A stretch of DNA of 64,000 nt from Chiloscyllium plagiosum (lineage: Eukaryota): NCBI RefSeq assembly GCF_004010195.1, contig NC_057719.1, positions 91,195,337 through 91,259,336 on the forward strand. Reading direction: 5' to 3'. Shown here in pieces: positions 53,061 through 64,000 of this stretch. Below the pieces are notes generated by a model. It saw only the letters and a list, made by a program, of their open reading frames with translations, was not told the DNA's origin and did not search any database. Position 1 is the stretch's first letter; each line of letters starts with the position of its first letter. The translations under genes and the position numbers were made by a program.

Positions 53061-53759
53061 AAAGGCACAAGGGCAAACTGTAAGGGAATAAAAACCAGGC
53101 AGCTTGGATGACAAGGGAGATGAAGAGTATAATGAAACAAAGAGGTAGGTCTATGATGCACAGCAGGTAAATTCTTCAAGTGAGAACCAGGCCAATAGAA
53201 TGATTTGAGAAGGGGGATAAAGAGAAAATATGACTGGAAAAAGTGAATATTAGAATAGAATGGCAGTTAACATTAAAGGTCAAATTCTTTGACCAGCATG
53301 CATACAGCAAACAGTTGGTAAAAGATAGAATAGGTCCCTTTTGGGAGAAAGAGGGCAAAAACTTAGAAGGTGCAGAACAAAGCTAGAATACCGAGTTAAT
53401 TATATTGGCATTCACTAAGGAAGAAGAATCTGAAAGTATCAGTAAAAATTGTGCAGGCATTAAATAGGGTTAAAATTGAAAGGAGAACTATTGGAAAAGC
53501 TGGTTATGCTTCGTGTAGATTTAAAAAAAACCTTATTCTGATGACTTGCATACCAGACTGTTCACAGAAATAAGGGTGGAGATGACAAAAGGGCTTGTGT
53601 TAAATTTTGATTCCTCCCAAATGTGGAGAAGTGGCACACCATTAATTCACTTGTTGGTCATTTCAAATTTCTATGGATTTCAACAGCTCATCTTTCATTA
53701 CCTGGGATGATCTGCTCAAAGCATGTCTGTTTACTTCAGGACATGTTGGTTGATTCATG

Positions 53760-54195
53760 ATTCATTTATTGTTGTCACATGTGCCTAGATACAATAAAAA
53801 TTATTGCTTTGCAGACTATATTGGCAGATCGTACCATACAAAGCGCATCAAGATAGCAGAACATAGAGAGATCAGAACTGACATTTGAGAGGTCTGTTCA
53901 AGAGTCTAACAACAGCAGGGAAGCTGTTCTTGGATCTATTTGCACACTTATTCAAACCTTCATATATTCCGCCAATGGAAGAAGGTGGAAGAGAGTATAA
54001 CGGGATGGGAGGGGTCTTGGATTATGTTGGTGACTTTTCTGAGGCCGAAGGTATAGAGTTAAATGGATGGAAGATTGGTTTGCGTGATAGATTGGGTTGT
54101 GTTCATGACTCTCTGGTTTCTTACGATCTTGGGAAGAGCAGTTGCCAAACCATGCTGTGAAGCATCCAGAAAGGATACTTTTATGGGACATCTAT
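53760..54195 (-). mobile_element. Rex1/Babar-type LINE 3' fragment
   Basis: SILSGCFTAWFGNCSSQDRKK. Confidence 0.75.
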
Positions 54196-55486
54196 ATGGA
54201 AAAAAAACTTCAGGACATGTCCATTTACTTCAATTCTCACTTCCAGGGTCAGGTCTCAATTTATCTTGATTATGTCTTGATCGTCTTCACATTTTTTGAT
54301 CCATATTCCTCACTCCTTGATTTCACTTTGTTTACAATTCCCAGTGGTGCCTCTTATGATTTGCTGATCAGTGCATGGGCATCTGTGAAAATCAAGTTGT
54401 TGATGTTCAACCTACCATATTATAACCTGGTAGGATTGCCCCAGTCTCTGACGAAAGGTTCAATGTACAGGTTAAATATTTTACAGGGCATATTCATCTC
54501 TGATGCACTCCACTTTTGCTTGGAAAGCTGTCTGACAAGCAGTTATTAGGTCTCATCACTCTGACTGATCCAACTTTAACAATTTCTATCTTAAACACTC
54601 CATTATTTTCTGACGCTAAGCTCCATCCAATACCTTCTCAGTCTATACAGTACACATAGTCAGCCATCTGCACTTTTAAGAATCTTTAAATTTGCACTCT
54701 CAAAAATGTTTGCTCTTATTCCTTTCTTGACAGTATGACTGGCTATCTACCTCTGCTTGGATAGACGGGTCATGATTTTCAAAAACAATTATTAAAATTA
54801 TTTTAGTTACATGGCTCCACTGTATTTTTGTCCTTTGCTCCAAGTACTCAGCTTCCGAAATAATCAAAAGCCCGAAATAAACCTGACTGCATCAAATCCT
54901 CAGGCAGGAATCCTGTTTTGTAAACTATGTTGTAAAGGTCTGTCAATATCCCAATATTAACATCATTCATAGATTTCAGGCATTCTACTGACTCATTGCT
55001 TCCAGGCACTTTTCTTATATTCATCTTTTTGATTGCAGCACTGACCAATACCTCCACTTTCTCTGGTCCTTGACTTCCTGCTCATGGTACCAATTCACCT
55101 CCCTCTTCATTATCACCAACTCTCTGATTTACTCCAACTCATTGTTTCTCTATCGTTGATTTTCCCAAACAGAAACACACTTTCCTTGCTTCTAATATAA
55201 CATAACCGTAGTTATTATTTTAGTCTTACCTTTCAACATTTTAACTTTCTTGTGCAATGTTATGTTACAACTTTTCCCAGTTCTTTCCTCACTTTCCATG
55301 GCTGCTCCATGGCTATTCTTCACAGCTTCTTTATTTTGTCATGTTCTTTCTTATTGTTCTTATTCTATTTTCTTTTCTCTACCATATTAAATATTTTTTC
55401 TCTCAACAACTCTTGACATTTGCTCCTCTTTAACAGTCTCAGCTCCCATGCATTTCTTGCACTGTTTCAAATTTTCTCAATGTCTT

Positions 55487-57824
55487 AATAAAAGCAAATT
55501 ACTGCGGATGCTGGAATCTGAAACCAAAAGATAAAATGCTGGAAAATCTCAGCAAGTCTGGCAGCATTTGTAAGGAGAGAAAAGAGCTGACGTTTTGAGT
55601 CTAAATGACCCTTTGTCAAAGCTAAAAAATAGGGGAGAAATAGGGAGGTATTTATACGAGGCTGAGAGAAGGTGAGTCATGGCTCTAGAAGCAAAGGTAG
55701 CAATAAAGAGATGATAATGACAGTGCATAGAGGGATTATAGGGAGATTAGGAGCTGTGAATGACCAAGGCTGAAGCCAGTACTTGTGACAAAATATGTAG
55801 GGGATGGGGGGTATGGGTGAAGCAGAGGCAAAATGGAAAACAGGGGCAAAAGATAGCAAAGGGGGAAGAGGAGAGAAAAAAGTGATGAGAGAGTGGGGAG
55901 CGAGAGAAAGAGAGACAATCAAGAAATAAGAGGTACAGAACAGTGGAAAAGAAAATACCGGCAGGCTGTAACGTGTCTAACCGGAAGATGAGATGCTGTT
56001 CCTCCAGTTTGCGTTGAGCTTCACTGGAACATTGCAGCAGGCCCAGGACAGACATGTGGGCATGGGAGCAGGATTGTGTGTTGAAGTGGCAAGCCACAGG
56101 AAGGTCCGGGACCTGATTGCTTACAGACTGAAGGCGCTCAGCAAAACGATCACCTAGTCGGCGTTTTGTCTCTCCGATATAGAGGAGACCACATTGGGAG
56201 CAACGAATGCAATTGACCAAATTGAAAGAGGTACAAGTGAAATGCTGCTTAATCTGATATGAGTGTCTGGGGCCTTGGATGGTGAGCATGGAAGAGGTAA
56301 AGGGGCAGGTGTTGCACCTTCTGCGATTGCATGGGAAGGTGCCGTGTGTGATGGGAGAGGTGTTAGGTGTGATGGAGGAGTGGACTAGGTTGTCCGGGAG
56401 GGAATGATCTCTGTGGAATGCAGACAGGGGGAGGGAAGGGAAGATGTGTTTAGTGGTGGCGTCGTGTTAGAGTTGGCGAAAATGGCAGAGGATTATTCTT
56501 TGCATATGAAGGCTGGTGGGGTGAAAGGTGAGAACAAGACGGACCCTACCCTTGGGAGGGGAGGGAGGGGGGTGAGGGTCGTGGCGCGGGAGATGGACCG
56601 CACACTGTCGAGAGCCCTGTCAACAACTGTAGGTGGGAAGCCACGGTTGGAGAAGAAGGAGCACATATTAAGAGCACCACTTTGGAAAGTGNNNNNNNNN
56701 NNNNNNNNNNNNNNNNNNNNNNNNNNNNNNNNNNNNNNNNNNNNNNNNNNNNNNNNNNNNNNNNNNNNNNNNNNNNNNNNNNNNNNNNNNNNNNNNNNNN
56801 NNNNNNNNNNNNNNNNNNNNNNNNNNNNNNNNNNNNNNNNNNNNNNNNNNNNNNNNNNNNNNNNNNNNNNNNNNNNNNNNNNNNNNNNNNNNNNNNNNNN
56901 NNNNNNNNNNNNNNNNNNNNNNNNNNNNNNNNNNNNNNNNNNNNNNNNNNNNNNNNNNNNNNNNNNNNNNNNNNNNNNNNNNNNNNNNNNNNNNNNNNNN
57001 NNNNNNNNNNNNNNNNNNNNNNNNNNNNNNNNNNNNNNNNNNNNNNNNNNNNNNNNNNNNNNNNNNNNNNNNNNNNNNNNNNNNNNNNNNNNNNNNNNNN
57101 NNNNNNNNNNNNNNNNNNNNNNNNNNNNNNNNNNNNNNNNNNNNNNNNNNNNNNNNNNNNNNNNNNNNNNNNNNNNNNNNNNNNNNNNNNNNNNNNNNNN
57201 NNNNNNNNNNNNNNNNNNNNNNNNNNNNNNNNNNNNNNNNNNNNNNNNNNNNNNNNNNNNNNNNNNNNNNNNNNNNNNNNNNNNNNNNNNNNNNNNNNNN
57301 NNNNNNNNNNNNNNNNNNNNNNNNNNNNNNNNNNNNNNNNNNNNNNNNNNNNNNNNNNNNNNNNNNNNNNNNNNNNNNNNNNNNNNNNNNNNNNNNNNNN
57401 NNNNNNNNNNNNNNNNNNNNNNNNNNNNNNNNNNNNNNNNNNNNNNNNNNNNNNNNNNNNNNNNNNNNNNNNNNNNNNNNNNNNNNNNNNNNNNNNNNNN
57501 NNNNNNNNNNNNNNNNNNNNNNNNNNNNNNNNNNNNNNNNNNNNNNNNNNNNNNNNNNNNNNNNNNNNNNNNNNNNNNNNNNNNNNNNNNNNNNNNNNNN
57601 NNNNNNNNNNNNNNNNNNNNNNNNNNNNNNNNNNNNNNCTCTTTATTGCTACCTTTGCTTCTGGAGCCATGACTCACCTTCTCTCAACCTCGTATAAATA
57701 CCTCCCTATTTCTCCCCCTTTTTTAGCTTTGACAAAGGGTCAGTTAGACTCGAAACGTCAGCTCTTTTCTCTCCTTACAGATGCTGCCAGACTTGCTGAG
57801 ATTTTCCAGCATTTTCTCTTTTGG
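55487..57824. mobile_element. Penelope-like retroelement with inverted pseudo-LTRs and a 14-bp TSD; contains the assembly gap
   Basis: GIY-YIG domain FTCTSFNLVNCIRCSQCGLLYIGETKRRLGDRFAE (minus strand). TSD tttctcaatgtctt / tttctctatgtctt. 57639-57824 is inverted relative to about 55523-55710. Confidence 0.9.
56692..57638. other. Assembly gap (947 N)
   Basis: Run of N. Confidence 1.
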
Positions 57825-58289
57825 TTTCTCTATGTCTTTTTGTGTTTCCTAAAATATCAGTTGGTTATTCCTTAATTTTAATTCTTGCTCGTAATCTCCA
57901 CAACATATCAGAATATTTTCCTCCTTCCTTTTTCCTCCATTTTGGTTGTCTTGGTCTTTCAAGGGAGTTGCTTTTGGATTTTCAGCTTAATCTTCATTTT
58001 CATTTTAAGCAGTTTGAACTGAGGTCAGCACTCATGCATCTTGCTGGATACTTGTAAAATTAATTTGATTTATGCAAGTTGCATGGATTCTTCAAGGCGT
58101 ATAGTCATCTTGGCTGTTGCTTGAAGACAATCACTTGTTTTCCTCACTTGCGTTCTTCGTTCCTGGTCCATAAACATCTACTACATTTCCACAAATTTCT
58201 CTGCTAACCTTTACATTCAAATCATACACAGCTTGTTTGTATTCATCACAGTGATGTTCTCCAAAGAGTCAGCGCAAGGACCATTGTTT

Positions 58290-58820
58290 TTTCCCCCAGA
58301 TAGGAATGACAAATCATGAAACATGGAGTAAAGTTTCAATATTTGCTGACAATACTAAACTTGGAAGAGTGACAAACAGCTAGGATGATACACACTGTTT
58401 GTAACAGGATGTACATGGGCTAGCATAGAGAACAGACAAATATATTTTAGCAGACAACTGTGGGGTTTATGTTTTTTGTCAGAACAGATACAGAGAGGCA
58501 TGTTAACTGAATGGCACAATTCTTTAGAGCTTCCAGGAACAAAGGAACCTGGGTTTCATGTGTATTGACCATTGAAGGTTACATAACAAATAAAAAATGA
58601 TTAGCAAAGCATATGGGATGTTTGGCTTCATAAATAAGGGCTTTGATTCAAAGACAGAAAGTAGTTATGCTAAATTAGAGTATTTTGAGTAGTTCTGGTC
58701 ATCACACTTTGAGGGATACAGAGGAGATTTAGCAGACTGGTTCCATGGTTGGAGTATTTTAATTACAAAATTATGCTGGAAAGACTGGGATTGTTTTCCT
58801 TAGAGTAAAGGAGATAAGCA
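58290..58820 (+). mobile_element. Old CR1 remnant
   Basis: tttgctgacaatactaaacttgga (FADNTKLG) and gttctggtcatcacac. Confidence 0.6.
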
Positions 58821-59579
58821 CCCGTTCTTTCTACTATCCAGACAGTCCAAATGCTAGTTAGAAATAGGTAGTCAGCTATCTAATTTCTAAGATGCAGTAT
58901 TAATGTATGCTTCCAGAGGTTGTACTGCAAGAAACAGAAAACCAAGCAATAACAAAATGAGGATTGAAGCAGGATATCTTTAAGGCAGCATCTATGAAAA
59001 TTGTTCAAAACATTGTTAACTGCAAAAACAAATCAGATAACTGAATTTGCTCAATATGATCTCTAGTAGTATTTCAAATGGAATTCCATACGCAGCATTG
59101 ACCTTTTATACATGGAGATTTTTGGTTGCAAGGATAAAAATCAGTATCAGTTGACACTACCATTTTATCTCAAGGAATATTATTGAGGTCACTCCACTAG
59201 GTCTGATTCATCACTAGACTCCAGGTAAAAAACAATAGAGCTAGATGACCTTAAGTCTTTGCGACGATATGCTAGATAATTAAATACAAACCAATATAGG
59301 TATCAGGAAACTGTAGAAGTTGGAAACTCTCTGTACAATATGGGTTATATACACAAACAGTGCAAAACAATAAATTATACTTCAGCAACTCAAAAATTCT
59401 GATTGTTACGAAAGTAATTTTATCTGACAAAATACAAAACAAATAAATGGATGTCTGTGGAAATGCAAGGTAAACATGGCACAATGAATATTTTTATTCA
59501 TATTTGAAATAAAGGTGAATGGTTAAAATGACCCAGCTGAACTAAAAGCTAAATAATTAAATAACAACATGAGTTTTCA

Positions 59580-59729
<150 letters not shown>

Positions 59730-60479
59730 TCAGCAATTTCACTTAAGAGAATAATGATTCCAATGCTGAAATATAATACACACACTACTGGAATTTTCAA
59801 TAATTGACAAGTCCCATCCAATAGCATTCAACTCAATTCTTCAATGACTGCACTCTTGGAAGAATTAGTCATTATGGTGATTCTACACCAGACAATAAGT
59901 TGTACAGCATAGCCTATAGGCTAATAAACATCAGCTGCAAGAATGGGAGATCGTAAGCTTATTTTACAACTAATATTATTTAGTCTCCATGGTTTAAGAA
60001 GAATTTGCCATTAACCTATTCATCATCACACAACTGGATGAAATGATCTCCATATTTGGTAACGTTTACAGAAATTTCTCCTTTCATTTGTCTATCAGGT
60101 CTAGTAGATGTCAATGACAGACAAATAGGCCAGATAAAACATAACTTTTTTTTGTTTTGATGGCTTTCCAATGCAGGGTATGCAACATGTTATCGAACAG
60201 TAGCCTAAACAGTTTAATAGGTGACTGTCACAAAGAAATCTGCACTGACAGAAAAGGTACTTAATATAAGCCTAACAAGCTATTAAAGTTTCCATTTTCT
60301 TAGCAAACTCTTTAAATTGATGAAATATATTTGAAACATTTATCTTATGGTCTGTAAAACACAAAAGCAACACTGATTATGGATGCATTAATGTGATTTT
60401 AATTTACATTACTTCAAAACTCACATTTACATCAATTATTGACTCAACTATTCTTCATTAGAATTTCTCTAAACATGGA

Positions 60480-60900
60480 CATTTGGATATTAATAAAAGT
60501 GACAATTGGTCAGCACACAGGAGACGGAGTGGTGAGATATGGGAATGTACCCCAATTCACAAGGTATGACGAGTGGTATTCGTCAGGAATCTGATTTTGA
60601 GCCTTTTACCACGCATATATATAACTTGGATAAAGGCAGAGAGCTACATATCCAAGTTCGCAAATGACACTAGGTTGAGATGCGCAGCAAGTTATGGAAG
60701 TAGGAAGTTGCAAAGTGAGATTGACAGGTTAATGGAGTAATCAAAAATGTGGCAGATGAAGTTCAACGTAAAGAATGTGAGAAATGTTTTCACTTTGGAT
60801 CCAAGAATAACACAAATTAGAATATTTCACACCTGGGTAGTGATTAGAAACAAATTTCTAACGGCATTTGGGTGTTCAGGTTCACAAATCACTAAAATCT
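60480..60900 (+). mobile_element. Old CR1 remnant
   Basis: KFANDTRL; WQMKFNVK. Confidence 0.6.
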
Positions 60901-62029
60901 TATGCATAGAAAGAGGTGTTTTCATTTCATAAAGTCCTACAGAGACCCCTTCAGGAACAATGCTGCCATTCTGCATTCTACATTCAAGAAGAATGAGAAT
61001 TATTATCTGAAAAAGAAATGCACATGAGTACAGATCAGAGGACACAGGACAGCGACTCACTTGCTCCTTCAGAAAGGTCATGCTGACACAATGGGCTAAT
61101 TCACAATGATATTACATTCAGTTTTGAGCATAGCACCTCAGAAAGAATAGGATTATATGAGCTAGGGAATGCCCACGATGAATGAGACAGGCTTGATACA
61201 ACAGATGGCCTCTTCCTGCCCATCATTTCCGAATGTCTGCAACTTGAAGTCTTTAAGATATTCATCCTCGTGCATTTATGAAACTTTTTTTGAGAAATCA
61301 CAAAAAGATCAACACATTCCAATTAGTTCAATTCAGCATTTTGAAGATTCCATTTACTTAGTTACATTGACAGAAGAATTCCAACCAATTACTTCATGAT
61401 TGTTTTTATCAACTTATGCAAGTGTTACCAGAAGGCATAACAAACACAATCTTTCTTGATAGATAATATACCATTTTTTAAAAAAAGGACAATTTTCAAT
61501 GCTTGTCAGAAGGTTTCTGTACTGTACTTAGTTTAAAAGATAAAACGTTTTAAAACCCATATTTATTTGACTAAGCCTTGCTATTCTCATGAAAGCACAG
61601 CCAGTAATTCTACTGGCAATGAGCATTGCTCGAGGAAGTAGAAATATTCTGCTGGTAAAATGTGCTAAATAACCAAGTTTTACGTTTATCCTTTTAAGTA
61701 GTATAATGCAAAGCAAATATGCCTAACTGATGCTCAGACGTATCACACTACTTTTTTGCATGACAGGTGCAGGTTAAAGGGTCAGGTGATATTAATCCAG
61801 CCATCAGCTGATCACTGACCAGGGCATCCAGTAGCATAAGAAACATAACTGAGGGCAGTGAAATTTGCATCAATTAAACCAGTCAATGCAAAATATACCA
61901 AGCATTTTAAGTGCTTCCACAATATAGATTTGCCAAGTTCATGAATTAATGTTGAGGGTTAAAAAAATTGAATTGAATGATTGTCACTTGCATTTTCAGT
62001 GAATAATAGTGAAAAGTATCATAGTTCAA

Positions 62030-62191
62030 TGTATGATTTCAAGTTACATCACACTATAAACTTTTGCTGTAAATTCTGTGTCTTACAATTGTGTACTCCA
62101 CAACCACCTGATGAAGGAGCGGTGATCCGAAAGCTAGTGCTTCCAATTAAACCTGTTGGACTATAACCTGATGTTGTGTGATTTTTAACTT
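62030..62191 (+). repeat. Short repeat with a minimal hammerhead motif
   Basis: cac CTGATGA a ggagcggtgatcc GAAA gct a gtg at 62105-62139. Confidence 0.7.
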
Positions 62192-62474
62192 AATAGTGAA
62201 AAGATTCAACTGCCACAGTCAGGCAACTAGATACTTTGCCACAAGGATCATGCTCAAATGCCAATAAGACCCCACAGCACGGTCTCATCTTACAATTTGA
62301 TATTCTGCAACACTGAGGATACAAATGCAGATATGGATCTTATTGCTACCCTAACACTTCATATCATCAATTTAGTTCTTATGGTCCTGTAGAAATAGTG
62401 CAGAGATATCAGATAAAATGTATATTTGAGAAGCTCTGATTTAGTATCTCTCAAAGACAGGGGGATATGTTCAA

Positions 62475-62700
62475 AGTTTGTGAGAAGAGCCGAGCTGGGA
62501 ATTGGTGTTGCAGACGTTTCGTCCCCTGTCTAGGTGACATCCTCAGTGCTTGGGAGCCTCCTGTGAAGCCCTTCTGTGATGTTGCCTCCAGCATTTATAG
62601 TGGTTTGTCTCTGCCGCTTCCGGTTGTCAGTTCCAGCTATCCGCTGCAGTGGCCGGTGTATTGGGTCCAGGTCAATGTGTTTGTTGACAGAATCTGGGGG
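62475..62700 (-). mobile_element. Penelope-like 3' end / pseudo-LTR fragment
   Basis: DSVNKHIDLDPIHRPLQ (GIY-YIG tail) followed by a hammerhead motif at 62510-62549. Confidence 0.75.
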
Positions 62701-62714
62701 ACATGGTCTCCTTC

Positions 62715-63962
62715 TTTGTATTTGGGAAATCATGTCTCACAAACTTGATTGAGTTTTTTGAAGGAGTAACAAAGAGGATTGATGAGGGCAGAGCGATAGG
62801 TGTGATCTATAAAGCAGTAAGGCATTCAACAAGGTTCCCCATGGAAGACTGGTGAGCAAGGTTAGATTTCATGGAAGAACTCACCATTTGGACACAGAGC
62901 TGGCTCAAAAGGTAGACGACAGAGAGAGTAGTGGTGGAGGGTTGTTTTCCAGACTGGAGGCCTGTGACCAGTGGTGTGCCACAAGGATCGGTGCTGGGTC
63001 CACTATTTTTCATCATTTATATAAATGATTTGGATGCGAGCATAACGGGTACAGTTAGTAAGTTTGCAGATGACACCAAAATTGGAGAGGGAAGAAGGTC
63101 ACTTTAGATTACAACGGGATCTTGATCAGATGGGCCAATGGGCTGAGAAGTGGCAGATGGAGTTTAATCTAGATAAATGGGAGGTGCTACATTTTGAGAA
63201 AATAAATCTTAGCAGGACTTATACACTTAATAGTAAGGTCCTAGGGAGTGTTGCTGAACAAAGAGACCTTGGAGTACAGGTTCATATCTCCGTGAAAGTG
63301 GAGTCGCAGGTAGATAGGATAGTGAAGGTGGCATTTGGTATGCTTTCCATTATTGGTCAGAGTTTTGAGTACAGGAGTTGGAAGGTCATGTTGCGGCTGT
63401 ACAGGACATTGGTTAGGCCCCTGTTGGAATATTGCGTGCAATTCTGGTCTCCTTCCTATCAGAAGGATGTTGTGAAACTTGAGAGGGTTCAGAAAAGATT
63501 TACAAGGATGTTGCCAGAGTTGGAGGATTTGAGCTATATGGAAAGCTTGAATAGGTTAGGGCTGTTTTCCCTGGAGCGTCAGAAGCTGAGGTTTACAAAA
63601 TTATGAGGAGCATGGATAGGATAAATAGACAAAGTCTTTTCCCTGGTGTCGGGGAGTCCAGAACTAGAGGGCATAGATTTAGGGTGAGAGGGGAAAGATA
63701 TAAAAGAGACCTAAGAGGCAACTTTTTCACACAGAGGGTGGTATGTGTATGGAATGAGCTGCCAGAGGAAGTGTTGGAGGCTGGTACAATTGCAACATTT
63801 AAAAGGCATTTGGATGGGTATATGAATAAGAAGGGTTTGGAGGGATATGGGCCGGGTGCTGGCAGGTGGGACCAGATTGGGTTGGGATATCTGGTCGGCA
63901 GGGACAAGTTGGACCGAAGGGTCTGTTTCCATGCTGTGCATCTCTATTACTATGACTCTATT
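62715..63962 (+). mobile_element. 5'-truncated CR1 RT plus 3' UTR
   Basis: [40 protein letters not shown]; tatgactctat tail. Confidence 0.92.
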
Positions 63963-64000
63963 TCAAACTAGCAGAATAGCACTTGGAGAGCTGTACTAAT

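Larger units (their letters stand above)
54560..58270 (-). mobile_element. Old RTE-clade LINE remnant, split by a Penelope-like insertion
   Basis: AAIKKMNIRKVPGSNESVECLK...LTDLYNIVYKTGFLPEDLMQS; EN-like YGPGTKNASEENK at about 58130-58175. Confidence 0.65.

Noticed and set aside
56404..57875. Four long ORFs of 374-422 aa in the ORF track
   Set aside because: Artefacts of translating through the 947-N assembly gap.

Overview
Vertebrate genomic DNA, not prokaryotic. The repeat content (HE1/V-type SINEs, HER1-like CR1 LINEs, Penelope-like elements) points to a shark. The whole window lies inside one minus-strand gene, tau-tubulin kinase 2 (TTBK2). Six internal coding exons with canonical AG/GT borders (74, 141, 105, 66, 93 and 126 bp) splice in frame to give the CK1-family kinase core, from GKDHVCRF through HRDIKPSN and DFGLARQ to TKPDYQ. 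The start and 3' end of the gene lie outside the window. The 3.5-18.6 kb introns are mostly decayed, nested retroelements: CR1, L1, Tx1, Rex1/Babar, RTE, Penelope-like, Gypsy, a solo LTR and SINEs. There is one 947-N assembly gap. Less obvious contents are an antisense CYTIP-like PDZ processed pseudogene, a tRNA-Pro pseudogene with an apparent 13-nt intron at the canonical 37/38 site next to a rearranged Tx1 element, several minimal hammerhead-ribozyme motifs (one with a compensatory U3-A8 core), an RFX X-box-like motif and a short interstitial telomeric tract. All family assignments come from recalled motifs, not database searches, and many repeat boundaries are approximate.
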